Source: Faecousia sp.
Lineage (GTDB): Bacteria; Bacillota; Clostridia; Oscillospirales; Oscillospiraceae
NCBI GenBank assembly: GCA_029257335.1
Contig: JARIBV010000026.1
Span: forward strand, 78-64,077
Direction of reading: 5' to 3'
DNA length: 64,000 nucleotides
The translations under genes and the position numbers were made by a program. Position 1 is the stretch's first letter. Each line of letters begins with the position of its first letter. The notes below the pieces were generated by a model, which was given only the letters and a program-made list of their open reading frames with translations, had not been told where the DNA came from and made no database searches. Positions 49,469 through 59,885 of the stretch are shown piece by piece.

Positions 49469-50206
49469 TTACCCAAATAGCTTTTGGAGCATTTTGCAGC
49501 CATATTTATACAGATAAAGATTGTGTCCCTTGCCCATGTCCAGATAGCGTCCGATGCCGGTCACAGGGTCCACCCCAACCACAATCATCGTCTTTGATGA
49601 ATACATATCCAGCACCATATTGTCTGCAATCTGAACCATTCCAGCATTGCGCAGTAATTGCGTATTCCGGGCTGTTGGTTCATTGCTGTAAATCATCAGA
49701 ATCAGGCAAGTATTCTTTCCGTTTTGGAGCTGTTTATCCAAATAATTGTACTCGTTGCGAATGGTTTTTTCCATGTTGGAGCTATCCAGAAGCTTCACAT
49801 AGTAAGATACGGAATCCTTCAAAAACGAGAACTTTTTTCTTCGGTAAAATCCCCTGTCGTCATATTGAAATTTGTGAGAGCGAAGTGCTTGTTCTGCTTC
49901 ATATTTCTTCATGCCGTGCAGCTGTGTCAGTTCGCATCCGCCGTATTTTTCATCAATTTTGTTAATGTCCGAAAGCGCCAGTCCGGGCATTGCCTTGATT
50001 ATCAGAACCAGTCCCGCAATATCGCAAGCAAAAAAAGCTGCGACCAAGGCAACAATTTTCCTTGTTTCCTGCACATCCAGTATGACACCTGCCAATAACA
50101 ACACAAAGCCCAGTAAGGCCATGACACACCCGATGAAAAGTTTCCATTTTGCTTTTCGGATCGTGACTTCTTCATCGTCTTGTTCAAGTTTATCAATAGC
50201 ATTCAT
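49469..50206 (-). CDS. hypothetical membrane protein
   Basis: 245-aa ORF with two N-terminal TM helices; RBS GGAGG. Confidence 0.75.
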   Translation of the reverse strand: MNAIDKLEQDDEEVTIRKAKWKLFIGCVMALLGFVLLLAGVILDVQETRKIVALVAAFFACDIAGLVLIIKAMPGLALSDINKIDEKYGGCELTQLHGMKKYEAEQALRSHKFQYDDRGFYRRKKFSFLKDSVSYYVKLLDSSNMEKTIRNEYNYLDKQLQNGKNTCLILMIYSNEPTARNTQLLRNAGMVQIADNMVLDMYSSKTMIVVGVDPVTGIGRYLDMGKGHNLYLYKYGCKMLQKLFG

Positions 50207-50286
50207 GCAATATCCTCCCGGCGCTCGATTCCAAATGGTGCCCAGTCGATGTTTTTTCCTAAGAACTTGTTACAGTATTTTCCCAT
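50203..50286 (-). pseudogene. 5' remnant (27 aa) of a paralog of the 44818..46338 gene
   Basis: MGKYCNKFLGKNIDWAPFGIERRED versus MGTYYHRFLEKHIDLTPLGIERREE; gap-free DNA alignment at offset 3948. Confidence 0.75.
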
Positions 50287-50372
50287 TTGAATCACCCCGC
50301 TTTCAATTTTTCCCGTTGTATTTATGGGAATTTATCGTTCTGACGGTTTGGAATTACTACTGTTTTGAATAT

Positions 50373-50885
50373 TTACATGCCAAATTCCTTTGCATAGGTT
50401 ACATCCCCGTGGATCGGCTTCACCTGAGGCAGCAGTTTGATTGCCATATAGTTCTGAGGAGGGAATCCCTCCGGAATCAAAATCCCAAATTCTTCAGCAG
50501 GCCGATATCCCATTCTCGGGTAATAGGTCTCACTTCCCAATACCACAGCGTAAGCATACCCCAGTTCCGCTGCAATCCCATGGCCTTCCCGAATCAGCGC
50601 CGTTCCGATCCCTTGTCTCTGATATTCAGGCTTTACAGACAGCGGAGCCAAGGCCAGAACCGTTTCGCTGCCAACCTTCATCTTAGTAAAAAGAATATGC
50701 CCTGTAACGGTCCCCCTGTCCTCTGCAACCAGGGACAGCTTGGGGATAAATGCTTCTTTGTTTTTTCGAAGCGCTGCAACCAGGTCCTGCTCCGTACCAT
50801 CCGAATGTTCCGCAGAGGCAAATGCTTCTTTGACCAGGCTGTAAACAGCGTTATAATCGTGGATTGTTTCCTGCCGGATATGCAT
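50373..50885 (-). CDS. GNAT family N-acetyltransferase (YhbS-like)
   Basis: GHILFT, LAPLSVKPEYQRQGIGTALI, VLG...YYPRMGY. Confidence 0.92.
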   Translation of the reverse strand: MHIRQETIHDYNAVYSLVKEAFASAEHSDGTEQDLVAALRKNKEAFIPKLSLVAEDRGTVTGHILFTKMKVGSETVLALAPLSVKPEYQRQGIGTALIREGHGIAAELGYAYAVVLGSETYYPRMGYRPAEEFGILIPEGFPPQNYMAIKLLPQVKPIHGDVTYAKEFGM

Positions 50886-51010
50886 ATAAATTTCTCCTTT
50901 TATCTGTAATGCAGTAAGCGCGTTTCAAAACCAGAATGTCTGTATATTCTGCGTAAGGTTTATTGCTGGCATATACTTGTATAAATTACCTTGAATCTAT
51001 ATTCTGCGCT

Positions 51011-51337
51011 CTACCTTGCAAGCAAATACTCGTATTTCTCAATCTGATTCAGCATCTGCTCCAAACTGAAATAGCCGCTTCTCTCAATCGTCAGCTTGCC
51101 TTCTACATACACGAAAATAGTTGGAACTGTAAATACACCCATCTGGGCACAAAGCTCCGGCAGTTCGGCGACTGATACATACACATAGCATACATCTGGA
51201 TGGGACTGGTTCCATGCCTTGATTCTGTTTTGAATGGCCTTACAGGGAGCACAGCTTTCAGAGCCAAACTGTAAAATTAGGATCTGATTTTGCTGAATGG
51301 CAGCCTGCAAAGCATCCTGATTGTTCAATGTTTCCAT
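51011..51337 (-). CDS. thioredoxin family protein
   Basis: CAPC motif and VFTVPT cis-Pro. Confidence 0.85.
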   Translation of the reverse strand: METLNNQDALQAAIQQNQILILQFGSESCAPCKAIQNRIKAWNQSHPDVCYVYVSVAELPELCAQMGVFTVPTIFVYVEGKLTIERSGYFSLEQMLNQIEKYEYLLAR

Positions 51338-51602
51338 GGCATTTCCTCGTAAAAAATGATGCAAACACGATGAATCTGTGTTTGCATCATATTATACCTT
51401 TATTCGATTTCCCGTTCAAGTCTGCCGCACAAATTTTTGATGGACACCACACCGGAATTCTGTCTCTTTTTGTTGCGCATGCTGTAAATGGTGGAAGGTG
51501 AGATGCCGGAGTATGAAAATAACTGTTTCCGCTTTGTCAAAACTTGCAATTTTTCCACAGTATGATATTATTGCGATACTATTGCAGCAGGAGGGAAGAA
51601 TA

Positions 51603-51899
51603 ATGAATACAAATGTGGTAAAAATACCTGCCAATTACTTCCGTGGAATGGAGGCTGTGGGAGGGCATATATTTCTAGATGATAAAGGATTGTCCTTTAA
51701 GCCTCACATGCTTAATATTCAAAAGGAAGAATTACGCATTGAATTCAGTGATATGCGTGCCGTTGAGAGAAGAAAAACTTACGGCTTAATACCGAACGGC
51801 ATTGTGGTCTATACAAAAGATGATAAGCAGCATAAATTTGTTGTTCATAGGGCTAAAAAGGTAGCCGACGACATTCGCAGCAAGATTCCGTCCCTCTGA
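51603..51899 (+). CDS. small GRAM/PH-like domain protein
   Basis: ANYFRGMEAVGG, LSFKPH, GLIPNGI, KFVV. Confidence 0.7.
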   Translation: MNTNVVKIPANYFRGMEAVGGHIFLDDKGLSFKPHMLNIQKEELRIEFSDMRAVERRKTYGLIPNGIVVYTKDDKQHKFVVHRAKKVADDIRSKIPSL

Positions 51900-52171
51900 T
51901 TCTATTGCATTCTTTTTTCCCATCGTACTTATGTAATAACCACGGCATCAAAAATGTCTGGTTCTATATTTGCACTTGCGGTTTGCATACTTCTCGAAAG
52001 TCATTAAGCTGTTCTTTCCTTTGAGGGATCCCATAATCTGTGATGTGCTATGCTTAGGTGGAATACTAACCAGCATACGGTTGCAGACCACCTCTATTCT
52101 ACCAAAGAAGGATACTCTTTTCATGCATTGCTAAAGCTTTTTAGAACCACCGGCACCGCCGGTGGTTTTCT
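51900..52171 (-). mobile_element. tnpA: degenerate, internally deleted IS200/IS605 element (tnpA fragment plus end hairpin)
   Basis: Minus frame from 52076 reads MLVSIPPKHSTSQIMGSLKGKNSLMTFEKYANRKCKYRTRHF*CRGYYISTMG, resembling the Y1 transposase core. Hairpin AACCACCGGC-acc-GCCGGTGGTT at about 52145-52168. Confidence 0.85.
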
Positions 52172-52215
52172 TTATACAAAGAAAGTTCCGAAATCGTAAG
52201 ATTTCAGAACTTTCT

Positions 52216-52291
<76 letters not shown>

Positions 52292-52419
52292 ATATTCTGT
52301 TCCAGTCATTTACGACTCACGCTGACTGCCTTTATATATTACCACAAATTCTCGAAATGTCAATACCTATTTTCAATCTTTTTAAAAAAATTTTGCGCCT
52401 CTTGCAGAGGCGCAGCCAA

Positions 52420-52788
52420 TCAGGTCTTTTTAATAAACTTTTCCCCGCAACGAGGACATTTGATGGAGATTTTCCCTTTGTTTCTGGGTACCCGCACAGT
52501 CTGATGACATTTGGGGCATCTGTAATAGCGGTTGTTGCGATCCTTCACCCGGTCCACCATCTGAAGAAACCGCCGGTTTTCCTGATAACGCTGATATTTA
52601 TTCTTAGACAGCATCCGAAACAGAACAACGCCCATGGGAATATACACCAACAGACTCAGAATCGTGCTGCCGGCAATCAAGGCCACCAGGGACAAAATCA
52701 TGTCCGCTACTAAAATGACCAAATTCAGCTGGTCCACACCATAACAGTTTCCAAAAAGTCTGTGAAAGAAATTACGGATTTTTTGCAT
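52420..52788 (-). CDS. conserved membrane protein with C-terminal zinc finger
   Basis: YGVDQL, two TMs, CPKC...VRVP...CPRC. Confidence 0.8.
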   Translation of the reverse strand: MQKIRNFFHRLFGNCYGVDQLNLVILVADMILSLVALIAGSTILSLLVYIPMGVVLFRMLSKNKYQRYQENRRFLQMVDRVKDRNNRYYRCPKCHQTVRVPRNKGKISIKCPRCGEKFIKKT

Positions 52789-53139
52789 CATTACGATCAC
52801 CTGCATTGTATGTTATATCCCCATTATAAGGTTATTTTTTAAGATTTCAACGGCAACTCTTCATTGTTTACGAAATGTTAAAATCCCGTAACTATTCACC
52901 CGGATGCAAAGTTTAAATCCGTGGTTGATCCCCATGCGAGAAACCATTTCCCGATGCTGCACATTGCATATTGGGAATATGTCCTGTATAATGGATCTGT
53001 CCTTTTATACGCAACCTTTTGGTTGAGTGAACACTCCCCTGTCTGTTGTCTTATTTTACAGGAATTCAACCTTTAAGCCATTCCCTTGTAATAATTGGAG
53101 TGGTATATTGAAGTTATCAACTGAAAGGAGCACAATATT

Positions 53140-53632
53140 ATGGAAACAACATTAGGCACGAGAATCGCAATGCTGCGTCGGGAGAAAAATTAAAACAAGA
53201 TGAGCTGGCTTCTATGCTGGATGTCAGCCCACAGGCCGTCAGCAAGTGGGAAAACGACCAGACTTGCCCGGACATCAGTCTGCTTTCCAAGCTGGCAAAC
53301 ATTCTTGGGGTTACAGTAGACCAACTTCTCTCTGGTAAGAAGGAGTCGCCCGTCGCAGTGATGCCCCCCGAGCATCGTAAAGATATCAAGGATATGGTAC
53401 TGCGTATCACCGTTGATTCTCATGAAGGGGATAAAGTTCGGATAAATCTTCCCACGGCGTTACTCCAGATTGCCGTGGATATGGGGCAGGGATTCCTCAG
53501 GTATCCGGAAACAATGCCCTAAAAGAGATCGATCTGTGTCAAATTCTGGAGTTGGTGCGCCAAGGAGCCACAGGAAATCTGGTAGAAGTAGAATCAGCTG
53601 ACGGAGATGTTGTTCATATTTTTGTGGAGTAA
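53140..53632 (+). pseudogene. XRE-family regulator with two apparent single-base deletions
   Basis: Three frames join into METTLGTRIAMLRREK / LKQDELASMLDVSPQAVSKWEND...MG / IPQVSGNNALKEIDL...VHIFVE*. Breaks at about 53190 and 53490. Confidence 0.8.
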
Positions 53633-53635
53633 TCT

Positions 53636-53881
53636 ATGAAAATCAAGATAAAATCGAAAAAAGCGCCCGCTCTGTATTTCATTTTTCCCACCTGTCTATT
53701 TTGCAGGCCCCTTCTATCTTGGGCCTTGCCAAAAATGCCGCAAATCCAAGCCTGTTCCATCACCAGGCAGCAGGTTCTTGCGTTGGCAGAGGCGCTGAAT
53801 GACTTCAGAAAACACCATAAGCGTTTTCTATTGCTGGAAGCTGAAAGTGCAGATGGAACAACGGTAGCGATCACACTGTAA
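53636..53881 (+). CDS. hypothetical protein
   Basis: 81-aa ORF directly after the XRE gene, ending LLEAESADGTTVAITL like the XRE C-terminus. Confidence 0.65.
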   Translation: MKIKIKSKKAPALYFIFPTCLFCRPLLSWALPKMPQIQACSITRQQVLALAEALNDFRKHHKRFLLLEAESADGTTVAITL

Positions 53882-54018
53882 CTTGACTTCCGTTTTTCAT
53901 ACTGTTATGATGGAATCCATCCGTAAAAGGGGCCTTACTTTTTTGCACTGATTTGAACTTTTCTGGATCGGTGCATTTTGTAACATGACTGACGCCGTCG
54001 GTGTCATTTGGAGGTTTT

Positions 54019-54903
54019 ATGATTTACGAGTCCATTGTACGCAGAACTCCTATCAAAAAAGGCTGGTCCGGGGACCGCAAGTTTTGTATCACCGCCTCTG
54101 ACGGTCATCCTTATCTGCTGCGGATCTCTCCCTTGGAGCAGTTGGAGAAAAAGAACTGGGAATTTTTCAAAATGCAGGAGGTTTCCGCTTTAGGAATTCC
54201 TATGTGCCAGCCTATAGAGTTTGGTATCTGTGAAGAAGGGGTCTATTCCATTCAAAGCTGGATTTTCGGAGCCGATCTGGAATCTTTGGTGGACAGGCTG
54301 TCCACAGAAGGGCAATACTCCTATGGCTTAGAGGCTGGGCAGATTTTGAAAAAAATCCACACAATTCCTGCTCCTGCCTATGCGCCGGATTGGGAGTCGC
54401 GGTTTAATCAGAAAATAGATCACAAAATATCCATGTACCAAAATTGTCCCCTGAAATACAGAAATGGTGATCTATTTCTGGATTACCTGTCCCAAAACCG
54501 TCACCTGCTGGCAGGGCGGCCCCAATCCTATCACCATGGAGATTATCACATTGGCAATATGATGATCGATGCTCAAGGGGTTCTTACCATTATCGACTTT
54601 GATCGTGACGGCTATGGGGACCCTTGGGAGGAGTTTAACCGCATTGTCTGGTGTGCCCAAAAAGCGCCGAGATTCGCCTGGGGAATGATAGACGGGTATT
54701 TTGACGGCAATGTGCCGATGGAGTTTTGGAGGCTTCTGGCCCTGTATATCAGCTCCAATACGCTGAGTTCCCTGCCCTGGGCAATCCCCTTTGGCGAGAA
54801 GGAGGTGCAGATTATGACAGCGCAGGCCGAACAGGTTCTGCTTTGGTACAGCAATCTGAGCAACCTCGTCCCTATCTGGTATGCCGCCAAAAGAGAAGAT
54901 TAG
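54019..54903 (+). CDS. aminoglycoside phosphotransferase (APH/choline kinase) family protein
   Basis: KGWSGDRK, HGDYHIGN, IIDFD, GDPWEEF. Confidence 0.88.
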   Translation: MIYESIVRRTPIKKGWSGDRKFCITASDGHPYLLRISPLEQLEKKNWEFFKMQEVSALGIPMCQPIEFGICEEGVYSIQSWIFGADLESLVDRLSTEGQYSYGLEAGQILKKIHTIPAPAYAPDWESRFNQKIDHKISMYQNCPLKYRNGDLFLDYLSQNRHLLAGRPQSYHHGDYHIGNMMIDAQGVLTIIDFDRDGYGDPWEEFNRIVWCAQKAPRFAWGMIDGYFDGNVPMEFWRLLALYISSNTLSSLPWAIPFGEKEVQIMTAQAEQVLLWYSNLSNLVPIWYAAKRED

Positions 54904-55249
54904 AAAGGGCTGCTGTCACTTATCTCATCTGAGCCCTCAGAAGCGTTGATACAAGCATTTTTATCACACAGAAGGAAAACCTCTGCATCCGGCATTGTAT
55001 CTCACAGAAGGCATCTGGCGGTTTTGGCTGCATCGTCTCTGTAGATGTACATGAGATACCGAGTCCTTTTGCATGAGGAAACGCTGCGTTGTGCCCCATA
55101 ATAGTTCCCAACGGGAAAAGGCAAGTCCAAAGCAAGCTTTGTGCTTACTTTGGGCCTGCCTTTCTCTCTTCCACAGGAGTTTTTCTAACTCCAAAGAAAA
55201 CCAAAAAGCCCACCCGTGAAGGTTTCACAGGTGGGCGCAACAGTCGATT

Positions 55250-55564
55250 TTAGCTGATACGGATTTCCTTGGCACGGTCCATATCAAATTCCGTAGCCAT
55301 GTCATAGATGTTGAAACGGTTAAACTCCCGCAGAGTCCGTCCATTCATGGCATAGGTACGAATGAACTTGTTATTGTCCAGATAGGACCAAAACTCTACA
55401 TCCCAGCTCATATAACCATCCTCATCCTGGCGAACCTCATGCAGAACGAAGTCCACCTGGCGGCCGTCCTTCATAAGCTGGATTAAGGTGTCACGATTCA
55501 CCTCAATATCCACATTGTTGACGGTATCATGGGCAATTCTTACAGCGTTATCGGTATTATTCAT
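55250..55564 (-). CDS. hypothetical protein
   Basis: 104-aa ORF with RBS AAGGAAGG and a downstream terminator at about 55203-55237. Confidence 0.7.
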   Translation of the reverse strand: MNNTDNAVRIAHDTVNNVDIEVNRDTLIQLMKDGRQVDFVLHEVRQDEDGYMSWDVEFWSYLDNNKFIRTYAMNGRTLREFNRFNIYDMATEFDMDRAKEIRIS

Positions 55565-55809
55565 TGGAAACAGTCCTTCCTTTTCATTATTCGGCGGCAA
55601 CATGCCGCAAACCCTTTTGCTGTAAAATTATCATATCTTATTTCTTATCAAATAACAAGAGGTAATTGCAAAAATGCGTTTTTATTCTAATTTGCTATAC
55701 GGAGCTATACGGAAAAGAGGAGTGTGCCCGCATCGGATGCTGACACACTCCTTTTCTAAATTCTCTATTTATGAGCTGCAATTTTTAACCTTGTTGTTCT
55801 CAGAACTTC

Positions 55810-57786
55810 TTACAACACTGCCGCGACTTTTCGGATATTATTCATTTCCGCAGCCTTGCTGGCCGTTGCATTGACTTCATCCGGGGTGCGGTAGGTGGGA
55901 ACTACCTGCTGCAAGGCTTTGCGAACCACCTCATTGTCCTCTGTTTCCACAGCCTTGCGCAAGACCTCCAGTTTCTCAAGGACCTCTGCCTCACAGAGGG
56001 GGTGGTCTCTCTCAATGAAGATCATATTATTATCCGTTCTGTCCAGATCTTCCGTTTTGATGAGCAGTTCCTCATAAAGCTTTTCACCGGGACGAAGGCC
56101 GGTTTCCACAATGTCGATGTCCTTGTACGGCTGATAGCCCGAGAGACGAATCATGTTTTCGGCCAAATCCAAAATCTTCACCGGCTGACCCATGTCCAGC
56201 ACATACAGCTCTCCGTTTTGGGCCATGGCACCGGATGCCAGCACCAGCTGGCTTGCTTCCGGAATGGTCATAAAGTAACGAATAATCCGACGGTCTGTCA
56301 GGGTAATGGGACCGCCTGCCGCAATCTGCCGGCTGAACAAGGGAATGACAGAGCCATTGCTGCCCAGCACATTGCCGAACCGGGTAGCAGAGAACTTGGT
56401 GGTTCCCTTCTTGCTCTGCACGATCATCTCGCACATCCGCTTTGTTGCTCCCATCACATTGGTGGGGTTCACAGCCTTGTCTGTGGAGATCATGATGAAC
56501 TTCTCCACATGATACTGCTCGGAAAGCTCCACAATATTAAATGTACCAAATACATTGTTCTTGACTGCCTCACAGCAGTTTGTTTCCATCAGCGGCACAT
56601 GCTTATGTGCTGCTGCATGCAGGACCACATCGGGACGATGCCGTTTAAAGACCTGCTCCAGCTGATTGCGGTCGCAGACCGTTATGATCTCAACCTGTAA
56701 ATCCAGCTGGTCGCCATAGGCAATTTTCAATTCCTGCTGCAAATCATAGGCATTGTTCTCATAGATATCCAAAACGATCAGGCGCTTGGGATGCATCTTT
56801 GCAATCTGCCGGCACAGCTCACTGCCGATGGAACCGCCGCCGCCAGAAATCAGCACGGTTTTTCCTTCATAATACGCTCTGGTTTCCGGAGTAATAAAGT
56901 CCTTCGCATTCCGGAATAAAAGCTCCTCAGGAGCAAACGCTCTCAGATGGCGTTTGCTCTTTGCTGTTGTAGAAGAAATAGACTGGGTAACGGGGAAATC
57001 ATATGTTTTCAGACGGCAGCCCGTCTTTTTATAGGTTTCGCATAGCTCCATTCTTTTCTCTGCCTCAGTGCTGGGCAGGGCAAAGACAATTTCCTTGATT
57101 GACAGATCAGCCAAAAGATCCAGCGTTCCCTGCTCCTCAGAAAGAACCTGTATTCCATGAATGTATCTTCCAACTTTGTCTTTGTCCACATCAATAAAAC
57201 ACACCGGTCTGTAGGACGCATTGGGGTTATTGAGAAGCTCGTCTGCCAGGGTGACACCTGTGCGGCCTGCTCCCACAATCGCTATATTGATCTTACGCTG
57301 ACTCATCCGGTATTCTTCCACTTCACGCTCTATATCCAATCCGGTCAGCACTGATGCAATTTTGCGAATCAGTTGATTGGTTGCAGGCAGTCTGGACGCC
57401 GATTCATAAATGTACTGATACAGGTATCTAAACCCGATAGACATAATCAAGTTTGCACACACACTGCAAATCACCCGCAGCAGGGTAAGCTCCCCTTGAA
57501 TCAGGAAATAATAGACCAGGCAGAACAGTGCGCCGCCAACAGCGTCACACAAAATCAGGCGCAGGTAACTGGTCACTCCGGCATACCGCCAGATCTGTCG
57601 ATAAGATTGAAGTGCAAGCCGGGCACCTAAGACACACACATTGATCAACCCGATCTGAACGACAACATCCACAGCACTGATATTCCGCATTTCCTTCGGG
57701 TATATCACAAGCACCGCAAGCCACACTAATGACAGCAAAACTGCGTCATACAGCATCAGCTTCCATTTTGAACCGCGTCTTTGCAC
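55810..57786 (-). CDS. nucleoside-diphosphate sugar dehydratase (CapD/PglF family)
   Basis: N-terminal TMs, GGGGSIGSELCRQ, HAAAHKHVP, ISTDKAV, RFGNVLGS, RPGEKLYEEL. Start uncertain. Confidence 0.93.
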   Translation of the reverse strand: MQRRGSKWKLMLYDAVLLSLVWLAVLVIYPKEMRNISAVDVVVQIGLINVCVLGARLALQSYRQIWRYAGVTSYLRLILCDAVGGALFCLVYYFLIQGELTLLRVICSVCANLIMSIGFRYLYQYIYESASRLPATNQLIRKIASVLTGLDIEREVEEYRMSQRKINIAIVGAGRTGVTLADELLNNPNASYRPVCFIDVDKDKVGRYIHGIQVLSEEQGTLDLLADLSIKEIVFALPSTEAEKRMELCETYKKTGCRLKTYDFPVTQSISSTTAKSKRHLRAFAPEELLFRNAKDFITPETRAYYEGKTVLISGGGGSIGSELCRQIAKMHPKRLIVLDIYENNAYDLQQELKIAYGDQLDLQVEIITVCDRNQLEQVFKRHRPDVVLHAAAHKHVPLMETNCCEAVKNNVFGTFNIVELSEQYHVEKFIMISTDKAVNPTNVMGATKRMCEMIVQSKKGTTKFSATRFGNVLGSNGSVIPLFSRQIAAGGPITLTDRRIIRYFMTIPEASQLVLASGAMAQNGELYVLDMGQPVKILDLAENMIRLSGYQPYKDIDIVETGLRPGEKLYEELLIKTEDLDRTDNNMIFIERDHPLCEAEVLEKLEVLRKAVETEDNEVVRKALQQVVPTYRTPDEVNATASKAAEMNNIRKVAAVL

Positions 57787-58026
57787 AGCCCTTCCGCCCC
57801 TCTCTTTTACTTGCACAATACTGCACCATCCTTTCTGATCTCGTATGCCCATCCAGAAGAACGCTCAATGCCGGCTTCACTGCGCAGGCTCTTGAGCGTT
57901 CCTCCGTACTATGAAAGGATTCAGTATTCTATAGCTTCCATAGCAAGCAGCACACCGCTGCATCATATTATCTTTTAGAACTTTTCTCTATGTTTGCTTT
58001 GCATAAAGCATCCACCGTTGACAGGC

Positions 58027-59031
58027 TTATTTTTCGCGCTTATAAAACAATTCCACGATGTTCTTCGTGAGGGAATCTTCGTTAACATGGTATTCCATGA
58101 ACTCTTCCCCCTTCACAGCCTTACCGTCCAGAACTCTGGTTGGCTGCATAGTGCAGCCCTCAAGTCTGTGGTTCAGTGCGTCCAGCTGATTGATGCTGCA
58201 ATCAGAGCGGAAATACTGTGTAATCTCTACCAGTGTTTCCGAGAAAAAAGACTCATCCTGCTTTACATGTTTCTGGAACTGTTCATACAATGCCGTCATG
58301 TACTGCCGCTGACGCTCCATACGATGCAGGTTGGAGCTATCCTTCAGTTCTGAGCGGCCTCTTACATAGGCAAGGGCCTGTTCGCCTGTAAGGCGTACCT
58401 CTTTTCCCTTCACCAGCTGGGGATCGATCCCAGTAAAATCATCCATGATTTCCACTGTGACGCCGCCCACACGGTCATTGATTTTTACAACCGCATCCAT
58501 GGTCAGGGACATATAGTGGTCGATTCTGACGCCGCCCAGAAGCTTTGACACGGCCTTCGCCGTATTGATGCAGCTGTCTGAGCCTCCGCTGCCAAAGGTG
58601 TGGGACAGCGCAAGCTGGCCGGTAAAATGACCGGCTTCGCCGCCCCCTACCCCTAGTCGCTGAATTTCCGTCATGGTGTCCCGATTCAGGTGGAGGACAT
58701 CACAGGTTTTTGCCTGATGGTCCAAAACCAGAAGCAACAGAAAATCCGCCTGCTGATTGTTTAGATAACCGATTTCCTGGGCGGGTGCCTGATATTTGTC
58801 CACACCAATAATGAGAACTGTTTCCACATTATCTTTTGGTACATACCATGCATCTTGATAGAGCATACGCTCCTGCTGTACACCATTTTGTGTCCCCGCA
58901 CCTGCCGGCTTTACCCATTGGTTCTGCTCCTGCCAGGCATGCAGAACGAGCAATCCACCACCAATCACCAAGCCGATACAAATCAGCAGCACAACAACCT
59001 TCAAACTGTTTCGTTTCAAACGGATCTTCAT
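58027..59031 (-). CDS. LCP (LytR-CpsA-Psr) family protein
   Basis: N-terminal TM, LIIGVD, LNRDT, GGVTV, ALAYVRGR, RMERQRQY. Confidence 0.92.
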   Translation of the reverse strand: MKIRLKRNSLKVVVLLICIGLVIGGGLLVLHAWQEQNQWVKPAGAGTQNGVQQERMLYQDAWYVPKDNVETVLIIGVDKYQAPAQEIGYLNNQQADFLLLLVLDHQAKTCDVLHLNRDTMTEIQRLGVGGGEAGHFTGQLALSHTFGSGGSDSCINTAKAVSKLLGGVRIDHYMSLTMDAVVKINDRVGGVTVEIMDDFTGIDPQLVKGKEVRLTGEQALAYVRGRSELKDSSNLHRMERQRQYMTALYEQFQKHVKQDESFFSETLVEITQYFRSDCSINQLDALNHRLEGCTMQPTRVLDGKAVKGEEFMEYHVNEDSLTKNIVELFYKREK

Positions 59032-59078
59032 TGAATTACTTCTTCCTCTCGTTCAACCAACCTGAGATTGGTGAACCT

Positions 59079-59858
59079 TTAGTGAACCTTCTGTTCCTGC
59101 TTCTTAGCGTTCTGCTTCTTCTTGTTCTTGTTGTTCTTAACCAGGAGAACCACTACGATACCTGCAACAACAGCCACAACCACAATGGCGCCGATCATCA
59201 TGCCGTTGCTGCCGGACTCCGCAGGTGCCACATAGGAATCATTCTTCACTGCAAAGGCCACGGGAGACAGGCTGTCAAAGGTAACGCTCACATCCCCATT
59301 GTCATGACGCTCTACCTTTGCGCCGTAGATTGCTTCCCACTTGTCGCTTTCAAAGTTATGCAGGGTGAGCATCTGCTCCTCGGAAGTCAGGCCCAGCTTG
59401 AAGCGCACGGTAATGGTGTTGCCCTCCTGTGCCAGAAGGTCCTTGCTCTCGCCGACCAGGCTCACATCAAACAGATCACGAACCACCAAAGCTTCTGCGG
59501 GGATGTCCCACTTCATTTCCTTCAGCACATCGGGCAGGTTGGGGATCAGTGCCTTCAGGCTGTCGCTGTCTGTGATCTGCTTATAGGCGTTTTCCAGCAT
59601 CTCCCGGATTTCTGCGGAAGCTTTGGCTGCATCGGATACAGGGGTAATCTGCAGATTGGCTGCGGACACACCTGCAACTTCCTTGCCGCTTGCATCCTTA
59701 ATGATTGCAACCACTTCGTTGCCATTCTGATCGTTGACCATTACAATTTCGGGAGCGCCCTTCTGCTGCACGCTGGGGGTAAACTTTTCTGCATAGGCTG
59801 TTACTGTAAACAGCATCACTGCCAGGACAAATGCTACTACACGATTTCTACGTTTCAT
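59079..59858 (-). CDS. hypothetical secreted, C-terminally membrane-anchored protein
   Basis: Signal peptide, C-terminal TM and basic tail. Confidence 0.75.
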   Translation of the reverse strand: MKRRNRVVAFVLAVMLFTVTAYAEKFTPSVQQKGAPEIVMVNDQNGNEVVAIIKDASGKEVAGVSAANLQITPVSDAAKASAEIREMLENAYKQITDSDSLKALIPNLPDVLKEMKWDIPAEALVVRDLFDVSLVGESKDLLAQEGNTITVRFKLGLTSEEQMLTLHNFESDKWEAIYGAKVERHDNGDVSVTFDSLSPVAFAVKNDSYVAPAESGSNGMMIGAIVVVAVVAGIVVVLLVKNNKNKKKQNAKKQEQKVH

Positions 59859-59885
59859 TTTTTGTTCACTCCTAATATTTTTGTT

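Noticed and set aside
54019-54903. Aminoglycoside resistance gene
   Set aside because: APH-superfamily fold only; no evidence for antibiotic specificity.
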